DNA of 23,261 nucleotides. It comes from a bacterium (GTDB taxonomy: Bacteria; Arandabacterota; Arandabacteria; Arandabacterales; JALGWA01). The stretch covers positions 1 through 23,261 of the forward strand of contig JASFEA010000034.1 of NCBI GenBank assembly GCA_050125095.1, in the 5' to 3' direction. Shown piece after piece: positions 14,252 to 23,261 of this stretch. A model generated the notes under the pieces. It did no database searches, was not told the DNA's origin, and was given only the letters and a program-made list of their open reading frames with translations. Both the position numbers and the translations under genes were made by a program. Position 1 is the first letter of the stretch. Each line of letters begins with the position of its first letter.

Positions 14252-15256
14252 GTGAAAAGGGGAAGACGGGTTGTCTCGGTTGTCGGAGCGACCGGGCTTG
14301 TTGGAAGTGAGATTACCAGGACACTCTTCCTGAGGAAGTTCCCCCTCGATCGAATCAATCTCTTCTCGTCCGGTCGGACACCCGAGACCGAAGCCGCCGT
14401 GCCCGGGGGCAGGATTGCCATAAGGCCGTTCAGCCCTGCCGGTGTGCGGGGCTCCGACATCACCTTCCTTGCGGCGGGAGGCGGGTTCAGCAGGAAATAC
14501 GCCAGGGCGATCGCCGCCATGGGCGGCGTGGTCATAGACAACTCCAGCGCCTTCCGCATGGACGCCGACGTTCCCCTGGTAGTCCCGGAAGTCAATCCGC
14601 GCGACGCCTTCGAGCACGGGGGCCTCATCGCGAACCCCAACTGCTCGACCATTCAGATGGTTCTGGTGCTCGCGCCGCTTCACCGCAGGTACCGGCTCCG
14701 CAGGGCGGTCGTTTCGACCTACCAGTCGGTGTCAGGCGCAGGCCTCAGGGCCGTGGGCGAGCTGGCCACGCATTCGGAAGCGGCGCTTCGCGGAGAGACG
14801 CTCAAGCCCCGCGAGTTCCCGCATGAGATCGCATTCAACATAATTCCGCATATCGACCGCTTCGACGAAAGCGGCTGGACATTCGAAGAGGCCAAGATGA
14901 TTAACGAGACAAGGAAGATACTGGGGGACGATTCGATAAGCGTCATCCCTACGGTGGCGCGCGTTCCCGTTTTCCGGGGGCACTCGGAGTCCGTGTTTGC
15001 CGAGTTCGCGGAGCCGGTGGATCTCAAGCAGGCCAGGGACATTCTCGAGCAGGCCGATGGCGTGGAGGTCATGGACGACCCGGCGCGGGCGCTTTACCCG
15101 ACCCCCATTCACTGCGCCGGGCGGGACGAGACCTTCGTGGGCCGCATCAGGCTTGACCCGGACTCTCCGCGCGGGCTCCTGATGTTCATAGTGAGCGATA
15201 ACCTGAGAAAGGGAGCCGCTCTCAATGCGGTCCAGATCGCAGAGCTCTTTGCCTAG
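14252..15256 (+). CDS. asd: Aspartate-semialdehyde dehydrogenase
   Basis: VVGATGLVG, IDNSSAFRM, ANPNCST, STYQSVSGAG, RVPVFRGHSE, DNLRKGAALNAVQIAE. GTG 14252 after GGGAG. Confidence 0.96.
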   Translation: MKRGRRVVSVVGATGLVGSEITRTLFLRKFPLDRINLFSSGRTPETEAAVPGGRIAIRPFSPAGVRGSDITFLAAGGGFSRKYARAIAAMGGVVIDNSSAFRMDADVPLVVPEVNPRDAFEHGGLIANPNCSTIQMVLVLAPLHRRYRLRRAVVSTYQSVSGAGLRAVGELATHSEAALRGETLKPREFPHEIAFNIIPHIDRFDESGWTFEEAKMINETRKILGDDSISVIPTVARVPVFRGHSESVFAEFAEPVDLKQARDILEQADGVEVMDDPARALYPTPIHCAGRDETFVGRIRLDPDSPRGLLMFIVSDNLRKGAALNAVQIAELFA

Positions 15257-15265
15257 CGGGGTGGT

Positions 15266-16057
15266 TTGACGATTATGGCGGCGGGCATGAGACAGAACTT
15301 CGGACGCTACATCTCGAGAGAGTCGCTGATCCACGGGCTGGAGCCCTTCGCCAAGTTGCTGCTATTCGCCATGATTATTACCTCCATACTGCTCTGCTCA
15401 GGGTGGATCCCGCTGGTGCCGGTTGCCGCCTTTCTCACATTTCTCTGCCTGTCATCGCGGGTGAGCATCACCTTCTATCTGGGAAGCCTGAAGTACTTCT
15501 CCTGGATGTTCGCGCTGTCATTCGCCGTGAACGTGATATTCCCCAGGGAGTCGGCGTACGGCGCGTTCAGTCCTGAGGCTCTCAATATCGCCGGAATATA
15601 CTCGGTGAGGCTCGCCCTCATGGTCCTCGCGGGAACGCTTTTCACCGTGACCACCGCGCCCCATGAGATAGGTGACAGCCTTCTCGTATTTACGGGACTC
15701 AGGGGCCGCGTGGGGAGGAGAATGGCGGACCTTGCCACCATCCTCTCCATTGCGCTTCGCTTCGTCCCGGTGATGTTCGAAGAGGCCGAGCGCATAAGGA
15801 CGGCCCAGATGCTGAGGGGCCAGAAGGCGGGAGGGCTCCGTGGCAGGGTGCGGGCCGTGGTCAACCTCATAGTGCCGCTGTTCCAGTCCTCGCTGAGGAA
15901 AGCGGCCAGTCTGGGCTTTGCTCTGGAGTCCCGCTGTTACGGTTACATGGCGCCGAGGACCGAGAGACTGCGCCTGGGCGGCCGCGAGGCGGCCGTCATC
16001 ACCGCCTCGGCGCTTTGCCTGGTCCTGGTGGTAGCATTGAGGTCGCGAATAAGTTGA
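15266..16057 (+). CDS. ecfT: Energy-coupling factor transporter transmembrane component T; start uncertain (15266, 15275 or 15287)
   Basis: G.YI...S.IH.L.P..K, TT.P.E, IALRFVP...EE..RI..AQ..RG, IVPLF, ALESRCY. Confidence 0.9.
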   Translation: MTIMAAGMRQNFGRYISRESLIHGLEPFAKLLLFAMIITSILLCSGWIPLVPVAAFLTFLCLSSRVSITFYLGSLKYFSWMFALSFAVNVIFPRESAYGAFSPEALNIAGIYSVRLALMVLAGTLFTVTTAPHEIGDSLLVFTGLRGRVGRRMADLATILSIALRFVPVMFEEAERIRTAQMLRGQKAGGLRGRVRAVVNLIVPLFQSSLRKAASLGFALESRCYGYMAPRTERLRLGGREAAVITASALCLVLVVALRSRIS

Positions 16058-16797
16058 AAGGTCTCGAGACTAAGAACATAAGGTTGGACATAGAGTACGA
16101 CGGCACCAACTTCTCGGGCTGGCAGAAGCAGCCCACGGTGCGCACCGTCGAGGGCGAGATCGCAGACGTACTCGGAAGGCTGACAGGCGTAGAGCCAGAG
16201 CTCATCGTCGCAGGCCGCACGGATTCGGGAGTGCATGCCCTGGGGCAGGTCGCCAACTTCAGCACGGTCTCGGACATGCCGCCTTCAGACATGAAGAACG
16301 CCTTGAACTCGCTTCTGGACCCCGACATACGCATAGTCGAGGCCGCGGAGGCGCCGCTCGACTTCAACGCCAGGTACGACGCCCTCAAGCGGGTCTACCG
16401 CTATGAGATCGCCCAGAGGCCCACTTCGGTGTGGCGAAGATTCCGCTGGTATGTTAAATGGTCTATGGAGACCGGCGCCATGAGAGAGGCGGCAGAGCTC
16501 CTCGTCGGCGAACACGACTTCTCCGCTTTTACTTACAAGGACGAAACGAGAAGTCCGTGGATAAACTTGAGCAGAGTCACCGTCGAGGAGATCGAGCCCT
16601 CCGGCCTGGCGCTCGGCTTCGAGGCCAACCGGTTCCTCAGGAAAATGGTCAGGATGCTGGTCGGCACTCTGGTGGAAGTGGGAAGGCTCAAGATGAGCCC
16701 TGAAGAGGTTCACGATACGCTCAAGAGTTGTGACAGGACAAGGGCCGGCCCCTGTGCCCCACCCCATGGGCTCTTCCTTGTCAGAGTGGAGTATTGA
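16054..16797 (+). CDS. truA: tRNA pseudouridine(38-40) synthase
   Basis: IEYDGTNFSGWQ, AGRTDSGVHA.GQV, FNARYDA, HDFSAF, FLRKMVR, APPHGLFL. TTG 16054 overlaps the ecfT TGA. Confidence 0.96.
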   Translation: MKGLETKNIRLDIEYDGTNFSGWQKQPTVRTVEGEIADVLGRLTGVEPELIVAGRTDSGVHALGQVANFSTVSDMPPSDMKNALNSLLDPDIRIVEAAEAPLDFNARYDALKRVYRYEIAQRPTSVWRRFRWYVKWSMETGAMREAAELLVGEHDFSAFTYKDETRSPWINLSRVTVEEIEPSGLALGFEANRFLRKMVRMLVGTLVEVGRLKMSPEEVHDTLKSCDRTRAGPCAPPHGLFLVRVEY

Positions 16798-16809
16798 AAG
16801 GAGGCAGTG

Positions 16810-17466
16810 ATGAAGTTCTTCATCGACACTGCGAACGTTGATGAAATCGCCGAGGCGGCCGAACTCGGGATACTCGATGGAGTGACCACCAATCCGACGC
16901 TGCTTGCAAGGGAGAAAGGCAAGGGCGACTTCAAGGACATCCTGAAGAAGATCTGCGAAATCGTGCAGGGACCGGTGAGCGCGGAAGTAGTAGGCCAGGA
17001 CGCAGACACCATGGTCGCGGAGGCCAAGAAGCTCGCCAAGATAGACCAGCATATAGTGATAAAGGTCCCCCTTACGGTCGAGGGGCTCAAGGTAATGGGC
17101 CGTTTAAAGAAAGACGGCATAAGGACGAATGCCACGCTGGTTTTCAGCGCCAACCAGGCGCTATTGGCCGCAAAGGCCGGCGCGTCCTTCCTGAGCCCGT
17201 TCGTCGGGAGGCTCGACGATGCGAGTCACTACGGAATGGACATCATCGAGCAGATCATGACCATATTCGGTAATTACGACCTCGAAACGGAGGTCATCGT
17301 GGCAAGTGTACGGAACCCGCTCCACGTGGTGGAAGCCGCCATGATCGGAGCCGACATCGTGACGATCCCGTTCAAGGTGATTAACCAGATGGTGAAGCAC
17401 CCGCTTACCGACGTAGGGGTAGCCAGGTTCCTGGACGACTGGAAGAAGCTGGGCGCCGAGATATAG
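16810..17466 (+). CDS. tal: Transaldolase (short TalC/FSA family)
   Basis: FIDTAN, GVTTNP, VIKVP (Schiff-base Lys), AASVR. Glu in SAEV and Phe in SPFVGR point to transaldolase rather than F6P aldolase. SD AAGGAGG at 16798-16804. Confidence 0.92.
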   Translation: MKFFIDTANVDEIAEAAELGILDGVTTNPTLLAREKGKGDFKDILKKICEIVQGPVSAEVVGQDADTMVAEAKKLAKIDQHIVIKVPLTVEGLKVMGRLKKDGIRTNATLVFSANQALLAAKAGASFLSPFVGRLDDASHYGMDIIEQIMTIFGNYDLETEVIVASVRNPLHVVEAAMIGADIVTIPFKVINQMVKHPLTDVGVARFLDDWKKLGAEI

Positions 17467-17496
17467 AACGCGGTTCGGCCCGGCGGGGGATGGAAA

Positions 17497-18693
17497 ATGA
17501 GGATTATTCTCATCATTCTCACCATGGCGGTGGTGGGGGCGGGCGTGGGCCTTATGCTCAGACAGCTTAACCGGCCCGGCGAGGAAGCTGTCGCGGTCGA
17601 GCCGGAGATGGCGCCGGATGCGACCCCGCCAGCGGGAACCGGGACTGACGGCTGGGACGCTGGAGAGAGCATCACCCAGTCCCGGCGGACAGCCATAGTG
17701 CGTGCGGCCCAGGAAGTCGGACCGGCCGTGGTCTCCATCAGTGTGACGGCCACCCGTGTGGTGAGGGCCTCGCCGTGGTTTCCCTTCAGGGACCAGTTCT
17801 TCAAAGACTTCTTCGGCGAGCGCCAGTACGTTGAGGAAGTCTCCAACCTGGGGTCCGGAGTGGTCGTAAGCCCCTACGGCTACGTTGTGACCAACGAGCA
17901 TGTCGTTAGGAACGCGACCGAGATCAAGGTCACGCTTCCCGACGGAAGGGAGTATGACGCCACGGTGGTGGAGAGCGAGCAGGAATATGATCTCGCCATC
18001 CTCAAGATCGAGGGCGATGACATCCCCTATGTCATCCTCGGGGACTCCGACTCCATTATCATAGGCGAATGGGCCATAGCCATAGGCAATCCCTTCGGGT
18101 ATCTCCTGAGCGACGCGCACCCGACCGTGACGGTGGGCGTGGTGAGCGCGCTGCACCGGGACGTCAAGGCGAGCGAGGGCGTCGTTGCGGTCTATAAGGA
18201 CATGATACAAACGGACGCGGCCATCAATCCCGGCAACAGCGGCGGGCCGCTTGTCAATGCGCTGGGAGAGGTGATCGGCATTAACGCCTTCATCATAACC
18301 AAGAGCGGCGGCTCGATGGGGATGGGATTCGCGATCCCGGTGAACCGGGTGAAATACCTGATCGACGAAGTGAGCAGGTACGGCCGGATGAGAAAAATAT
18401 GGATAGGCCTGCTGGTCCAGGAGATAACGCCGCTTCTCGCCCAGAGCCTGGGCCTCGAGCGGTCGGACGGAGTCATCATCTCCAGGGTGGACGAGGGCAG
18501 CCCGGCGGAGCGATGCGGCCTCGTGCGGGGGGACGTCATCGTGGCCGTTAACGGTGAGAGGGTGCGGAACTACGAGTCCGCGCGGCGGGCGATTTTCGGC
18601 TCGCGGGTCGGGGACATTCTGGAGTTTGAAGTCATTCGCGACGGAGAACCCAGGAGCTTCGATGTCCGGGTCGAAGAGGCTCCTGAGAGTTAG
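17497..18693 (+). CDS. HtrA/DegP-family serine protease with N-terminal anchor and one PDZ domain
   Basis: GSG, TNEHVV (His), DLAILK (Asp), QTDAAINPGNSGGPL (Ser), PDZ segment GSPAERCGL..GDVI..VNG. Confidence 0.94.
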   Translation: MRIILIILTMAVVGAGVGLMLRQLNRPGEEAVAVEPEMAPDATPPAGTGTDGWDAGESITQSRRTAIVRAAQEVGPAVVSISVTATRVVRASPWFPFRDQFFKDFFGERQYVEEVSNLGSGVVVSPYGYVVTNEHVVRNATEIKVTLPDGREYDATVVESEQEYDLAILKIEGDDIPYVILGDSDSIIIGEWAIAIGNPFGYLLSDAHPTVTVGVVSALHRDVKASEGVVAVYKDMIQTDAAINPGNSGGPLVNALGEVIGINAFIITKSGGSMGMGFAIPVNRVKYLIDEVSRYGRMRKIWIGLLVQEITPLLAQSLGLERSDGVIISRVDEGSPAERCGLVRGDVIVAVNGERVRNYESARRAIFGSRVGDILEFEVIRDGEPRSFDVRVEEAPES

Positions 18694-18702
18694 GGGGACG
18701 GC

Positions 18703-19998
18703 TTGATTCAGAGATACACTCTGCCCGGTATGGCGGAGATCTGGAGCGAAGAAACCAAACTGGCCAAGTGGCTCGAGGTCGAACTGGCCGTCGTAGACGC
18801 GCTGGCGGGGACCGGTGCCGTCCCGGTGGATGCCGCGGGGAGGATGCGCAAAGCCGCTCGCTTCGACGTTGCGGACGTAAAGGCCAGGGAAGAAGTCACA
18901 AGGCATGACACGCTGTCTTTCGTCGAGTGCGTATGTGACAGCCTGGGTGACGACAGCCGGTACTTCCACAAGGGCCTGACATCATCCGACGTTGTTGACA
19001 CCGCCCTCGCCCTTCAGATAAGGGACGCCACCAATTTGGTGCTGGGCGAGCTCGTGGAGCTCAAGAAGGCTGTGCGCGCGCAGGCGGCCGAGCACCGCGA
19101 CACGCTGATGATAGGGCGGACGCATGGCATACATGCTGAGCCCATCACGCTGGGGCTGAAGCTCGCCGTATGGTACCGCGAGCTCGGCCGCGCCATCGAG
19201 CGAATAGAGAGGGCAGCCGAAGAGGTATATGTGGGAAAGATCTCCGGCTCGGTGGGTACCTATTCCCACCTCTCGCCCGAAATCGAGGACGCGGCCCTCA
19301 AGGCCCTGGGACTCAAGGCCGAAAGGCCGGCGACGCAGATAGTGCAGCGCGACCGTCACGCGGCCTACCTGGCCAGCCTTGCGCTCGCGGCTTCCACGCT
19401 CGAGAAGATGTCGGTGGAGATCCGCCACCTGCAGCGCACGGAGGTCGACGAAGCCAGGGAACCTTTCGGCGCGGGACAGAAGGGGTCTTCGTCCATGCCG
19501 CACAAGCGCAACCCCATCACTCTGGAGCGGGTGAGCGGCCTCGCGCGGCTCATCCGCGGCTACGCGCTCGCGGGCATTGAGAACGTGGCGCTCTGGCACG
19601 AGCGGGACATCAGCCAGTCTTCCGTAGAGCGGGTGATATTCCCCGACAGCACCGCGCTGCTTCACTACATGACTAGAAAAATGCGTGAGACGATAGAGAA
19701 CCTGGATGTAAACGCGGACAGGATGAGAAATAACGTGGACCTCACCCGGGGTCTCATATACTCCCAGCGCCTCATGCTCACGCTGATGGACGCCGGCTGG
19801 GAGCGCACCAGGGCTTATGAGAAATCGCATCAACTTGCCAAGTCGGCGATGGCGGCGGCCGCCGACTTCAGGGACCTGGCGGCTGACGACAGGGAAGTCT
19901 TAGACACTCTCGGTCCCGAGAAGGTTGACCAGATATTCGATCCCGCCTTCTACGTCAGGTACGTCGACTCGATTCTGAAGGAGACAGGAATCATCTGA
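18703..19998 (+). CDS. purB: Adenylosuccinate lyase
   Basis: MIQRY start (TTG), TRHD, H.GLTSSD, GRTHGIHAEP, GSSSMPHKRNP, WHERDIS. Confidence 0.96.
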   Translation: MIQRYTLPGMAEIWSEETKLAKWLEVELAVVDALAGTGAVPVDAAGRMRKAARFDVADVKAREEVTRHDTLSFVECVCDSLGDDSRYFHKGLTSSDVVDTALALQIRDATNLVLGELVELKKAVRAQAAEHRDTLMIGRTHGIHAEPITLGLKLAVWYRELGRAIERIERAAEEVYVGKISGSVGTYSHLSPEIEDAALKALGLKAERPATQIVQRDRHAAYLASLALAASTLEKMSVEIRHLQRTEVDEAREPFGAGQKGSSSMPHKRNPITLERVSGLARLIRGYALAGIENVALWHERDISQSSVERVIFPDSTALLHYMTRKMRETIENLDVNADRMRNNVDLTRGLIYSQRLMLTLMDAGWERTRAYEKSHQLAKSAMAAAADFRDLAADDREVLDTLGPEKVDQIFDPAFYVRYVDSILKETGII

Positions 19999-20022
19999 AG
20001 GTGACTTTCAAGAGGAACGGAA

Positions 20023-22356
20023 TTGACGCCTGGCATCAATGAGGTCGACACCGATAGTATGAAAAAGGTCAAGGAGCTCGGCCTCAATCTCACGGCCGGC
20101 GAGGTGGCCCGGCTCAGGGCCAACATCGGCCGGGAGCCCACCGTGACCGAGCTCTTCCTCTTCGATGTGATGTGGAGCGAGCACTGTTCCTATAAGAGCA
20201 GCCGGGCGATTCTCAAGAAGCACCTCCCGACGCAATCGGAACGGGTAATCCTCGGTCCCGGAGAGGACGCCGGGGTCGTCAGGCTCGCCGAGGCGGACGG
20301 CGTCTCGTATGTCCTCGTGGTGGCGCATGAGAGCCACAACCACCCGTCGCAGATCATACCCGTGGAGGGCGCTGCGACGGGCATCGGAGGCATAGTGCGG
20401 GACGTCTATTGCATGGGGGCCGACGTGGTGGGCGTGATGGACGCCCTGAGGTTCGGCGACCCGGCCGGCCCCAATGGCGAACGCACCAGGGAGATAGTGG
20501 ACGGCGTGGTGAGGGGCATATGGGAATACGGCAACGCTCTCGGCGTTCCCAACGTCGGGGGCGACGTCTACTTCGACTCGAGGTATGATGACAACTGCCT
20601 GGTGAACGTGGTCGCGCTCGGAGTGGCGAGAGAGGAAGAGATCATCCGGAGCCGCGTCCCGCCACGGGGCGCGGAGGAGAAATACGTTCTGGTGCTGGTG
20701 GGAAAGCCCACCGACATGAGCGGCCTCGGCGGGGCGACCATGGCGTCGAGGATTCTTGACGGCGAGATGGAGGGCAATGTCGGCGCCGTCCAGATCCATG
20801 ACCCTTTCCTCAAGCGGATGCTTACAGAGGCCAACAAGTCCGTGCTGCGTATGCTGCGCGAGCGCGGCATCGCGGTGGGCTTTAAGGACCTGGGGGCCGG
20901 CGGCATTGCCTGCGCCACGAGCGAGATGGCCGGCGCCGGCGGCTTCGGCGCAAAGGTGGACCTCGATAAGGTGCATGTGGCGCTCGAGGGCCTCGAACCC
21001 TATGCCATAGCTTGCTCCGAGACCCAGGAGCGATACTGCCTCGCCGTGCCGGAGGGCGTCGCCGAAGAAGTGCTGCGAATATACAATGAAGACTACGAGC
21101 TTCCACATATATACAGGGGCGCGCGCGCGAGCGTGATAGGTGAAGTCGATTCCAGCAAGAACTACCTCATGACCTGGCGCGGCGAGGCCGTCGTCGACGT
21201 CTTCGTAGACCTCATAAACGAGGGCATATCCTACGAGAGGGAAAAGGCCCCGCCGAGAGAGCCCGCGGCGCCGGTAGAGGTCCCCGATCTTGAGAGCTGT
21301 ACCGGGTCGCTCCTCAGCACTGTGGGACACTTATCGGTTTCTTCGCGGCACTATATCTATCGACACTATGACAGCGAGGTCAGGGGCGAGGCCGTTCTAA
21401 GGCCGGGCGAGGCCGACGCCGGCGTGATCGCCATTCCCGGCACGACAATCGGTATAGCCACCTCGGTCGACGGCAATCCCTTCCACTGCGCGATCGATCC
21501 CTACGTAGGGGCGATGAATGCTGTTTGCGAGAGCATAAGAAACGTCGCCGCAGTGGGCGCCGTGCCCGTCGCCCTCACCGACTGCCTCAACTTCGGCAAT
21601 CCCGAAAACCCGCCCGTGTTTCGCGACTTCGAAGAAGCGGTCAGGGGCATAGGGGATGCGGCGCGGGCGCTGTCTCCTTTGGGGACGGAAGATCCGGTTC
21701 CCATAGTCTCCGGCAACGTGAGCTTCTACAACGAATCCCATCTGGGTTCGGCCATTCCTCCTTCTCCCATCGTGGCCTGCTACGGGGTGCTCGAGGATTA
21801 CTCCCGGGCGGTGTCCTTGTGCCTCAAGAGGCCGGGCAGCGCGCTCGTCCTTGTGGGGGACAGGAAGCCCGGCCTCGGCGGTTCGGTGTTGCTCGGCACG
21901 CTGGGGCGGCAGGGTGAAGGAAGGCTGCCCGAGCTGAACCTGGACGCCGAGCGTCGTGCCATTCATGCCGTGACAGAGTGTATCAGGTCAGGTCATGTGC
22001 TCGCCTGTCACGACATCTCCGACGGAGGCCTTGCGGCCACGCTGGCGGAGATGGCTATTGGCGGGTGGGGGAAGGGCCGGGTGGGGGCTAATGTCTCGCT
22101 GGACTTCCAGAGCGAACTCTCGACAACCGAACTCCTCTTTTCAGAGAGCGGAGGCTTCGTGATGGAAGTGCCCCGGGAGCGGACGGAGGACGTACTTCGG
22201 ACGGCCGCCGAGGTGGGGGCTCCGGCGAGGATCATTGGAAATACGGTGGGCGAGTGTGCCCTCAATATCGAGAGGGATGGGGAGTGGGTTGCTTTTCAAA
22301 GAGGCGTGGATCTCAGCTCTGTATGGCAGCATATGCTCGAGAGGGCGATCACATGA
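20023..22356 (+). CDS. purL: Phosphoribosylformylglycinamidine synthase subunit PurL (small type)
   Basis: MWSEHCSYKSS, ESHNHPS, GAATGIGGIVRD, DLGAGG, SETQER, TDCLNFGNPE, SGNVSFYNE, HDISDGGL. Confidence 0.96.
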   Translation: MTPGINEVDTDSMKKVKELGLNLTAGEVARLRANIGREPTVTELFLFDVMWSEHCSYKSSRAILKKHLPTQSERVILGPGEDAGVVRLAEADGVSYVLVVAHESHNHPSQIIPVEGAATGIGGIVRDVYCMGADVVGVMDALRFGDPAGPNGERTREIVDGVVRGIWEYGNALGVPNVGGDVYFDSRYDDNCLVNVVALGVAREEEIIRSRVPPRGAEEKYVLVLVGKPTDMSGLGGATMASRILDGEMEGNVGAVQIHDPFLKRMLTEANKSVLRMLRERGIAVGFKDLGAGGIACATSEMAGAGGFGAKVDLDKVHVALEGLEPYAIACSETQERYCLAVPEGVAEEVLRIYNEDYELPHIYRGARASVIGEVDSSKNYLMTWRGEAVVDVFVDLINEGISYEREKAPPREPAAPVEVPDLESCTGSLLSTVGHLSVSSRHYIYRHYDSEVRGEAVLRPGEADAGVIAIPGTTIGIATSVDGNPFHCAIDPYVGAMNAVCESIRNVAAVGAVPVALTDCLNFGNPENPPVFRDFEEAVRGIGDAARALSPLGTEDPVPIVSGNVSFYNESHLGSAIPPSPIVACYGVLEDYSRAVSLCLKRPGSALVLVGDRKPGLGGSVLLGTLGRQGEGRLPELNLDAERRAIHAVTECIRSGHVLACHDISDGGLAATLAEMAIGGWGKGRVGANVSLDFQSELSTTELLFSESGGFVMEVPRERTEDVLRTAAEVGAPARIIGNTVGECALNIERDGEWVAFQRGVDLSSVWQHMLERAIT

Positions 22357-22375
22357 TACACAGGAAGAGGCGCAG

Positions 22376-23203
22376 ATGAGACCCAGGATATGCGTCGTCC
22401 AGTTTCCCGGGGTCAACTGCGAATACGAGACTGCGCGCGCTCTGGAGAAGGCGGATATGGACGCCGCCATCATGAGATGGAACGAGCCCATCGAGGCTTA
22501 TGAGAAGTTCGACGGTTTCGTGCTTCCCGGCGGCTTCTCATACCAGGACAGGGTGCGTGCAGGAGCCATGGCCGCGACCGACGAGGTGATGGAGGTAATC
22601 GCCGGGCAGGCGGCGGGCGGGAAGCCGGTGCTGGGGATCTGCAACGGCGCCCAGGTTCTGGTCGAGGCCGGCCTCGTTCCGGGCCTCGAGAGGGGAAAAG
22701 TGGAGATGGCGCTCGCCCCCAACAGCGGAATGGGCCGGGGTGGCTACTACTGCAACTGGGTTTATCTCAAGGTCTCCTGCGCTCCCGCAAAGACGGCCGC
22801 GACATACGGCCTGGAACCGGGTGAGATACTGCCTGTTCCGATCGCGCACGGCGAGGGCAGGTTCACAAGCTGCCTGGAGGAGCTGTTCGACAGTCTCGAA
22901 GCCGGCGAGCAGATAGTCTTCAAGTACTGCCACGGAGACGGCGCCCCGGCCGAGTCCTTCCCCGAGAATCCCAACGGCTCCGAGTGCATGGCCGCTGCCA
23001 TCTCCAATCCGGCGGGCAACGTGGTTGCCATGATGCCCCATCCGGAACGATGCGTTTACATGAGACAGGTCCCGGGGGAGCTCCCGGGGCGGTGGGGAGA
23101 GAGGCGCCTTGCTGCCCGTTATTCGGCCGGGGCCATGGAAGAAGACGGGCCCGGGGCCCGGATCTTCAGGTCCATGCGTAAGTATATAGAGGGGAAGTCA
23201 TGA
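22376..23203 (+). CDS. purQ: Phosphoribosylformylglycinamidine synthase glutaminase subunit
   Basis: FPGVNC, LPGGFSYQD, GICNG (catalytic Cys), PIAHGEG, NPNGS, MMPHPER. ATG 22376 after AGGAAGAGG. Confidence 0.95.
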   Translation: MRPRICVVQFPGVNCEYETARALEKADMDAAIMRWNEPIEAYEKFDGFVLPGGFSYQDRVRAGAMAATDEVMEVIAGQAAGGKPVLGICNGAQVLVEAGLVPGLERGKVEMALAPNSGMGRGGYYCNWVYLKVSCAPAKTAATYGLEPGEILPVPIAHGEGRFTSCLEELFDSLEAGEQIVFKYCHGDGAPAESFPENPNGSECMAAAISNPAGNVVAMMPHPERCVYMRQVPGELPGRWGERRLAARYSAGAMEEDGPGARIFRSMRKYIEGKS

Positions 23204-23261
23204 CCGGCGTTGAAATCCTGGTCAAGCTGATCGCGCCCGACCCGTGGAGCTTTACGGTGTA
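23200..23261 (+). CDS. 5' fragment of the next gene, possibly a divergent PurS
   Basis: ATGA overlap with the purQ stop and SD GAGGGG. It reads MTGVEILVKLIAPDPWSFTV, loosely resembling the PurS V-x-V-x-L...DP...T start. Only 20 codons are visible. Confidence 0.4.
   Translation, partial: MTGVEILVKLIAPDPWSFTV

Noticed and set aside
10381..18705. TAG read-through or recoding, since purM, asd, tal and htrA end in TAG in frame with the next gene
   Set aside because: Four of eight TAG-ended genes is compatible with chance, the TAGs fall at the natural C-termini, and all three stop codons are used normally.
17161..18969. 602-aa minus-strand ORF, and similar ones at 3062-4540, 20008-21330 and 1441-2514
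   Set aside because: Antisense shadows of well-supported + strand genes in GC-rich DNA, with no protein motifs.

Overview
A GC-rich bacterial chromosomal window. All credible genes (22 complete, 2 cut by the window edges) lie on the + strand, and lnt suggests a diderm host. In order: the 3' end of a polyprenyl diphosphate synthase, apbE, a NusG-domain-II protein, a Gx/ECF-S-type membrane protein and an rseC-family gene. Then rsfS and an unusually long argS (681 aa, degenerate HIGH motif, about 115 extra residues). Next come a GGGGTCAG-based tandem repeat, two class I SAM methyltransferases, a GT-C-type membrane glycosyltransferase and a conserved-looking hypothetical gene with its own promoter. 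The rest is purM, a sigma54 activator with no sensory domain, apgM, lnt, asd, an orphan ecfT, truA, tal, an HtrA protease, purB, purL, purQ and the start of a possible purS. No tRNA, rRNA, CRISPR array or transposase is visible. The window is mostly housekeeping. The best leads are the ArgRS insertion, the flavinylation/EET-like gene set with a distant ecfT, the repeat-marked accessory block after argS, the headless sigma54 activator and the alternative structures upstream of purM. All family assignments come from motif recognition by eye, not database searches.
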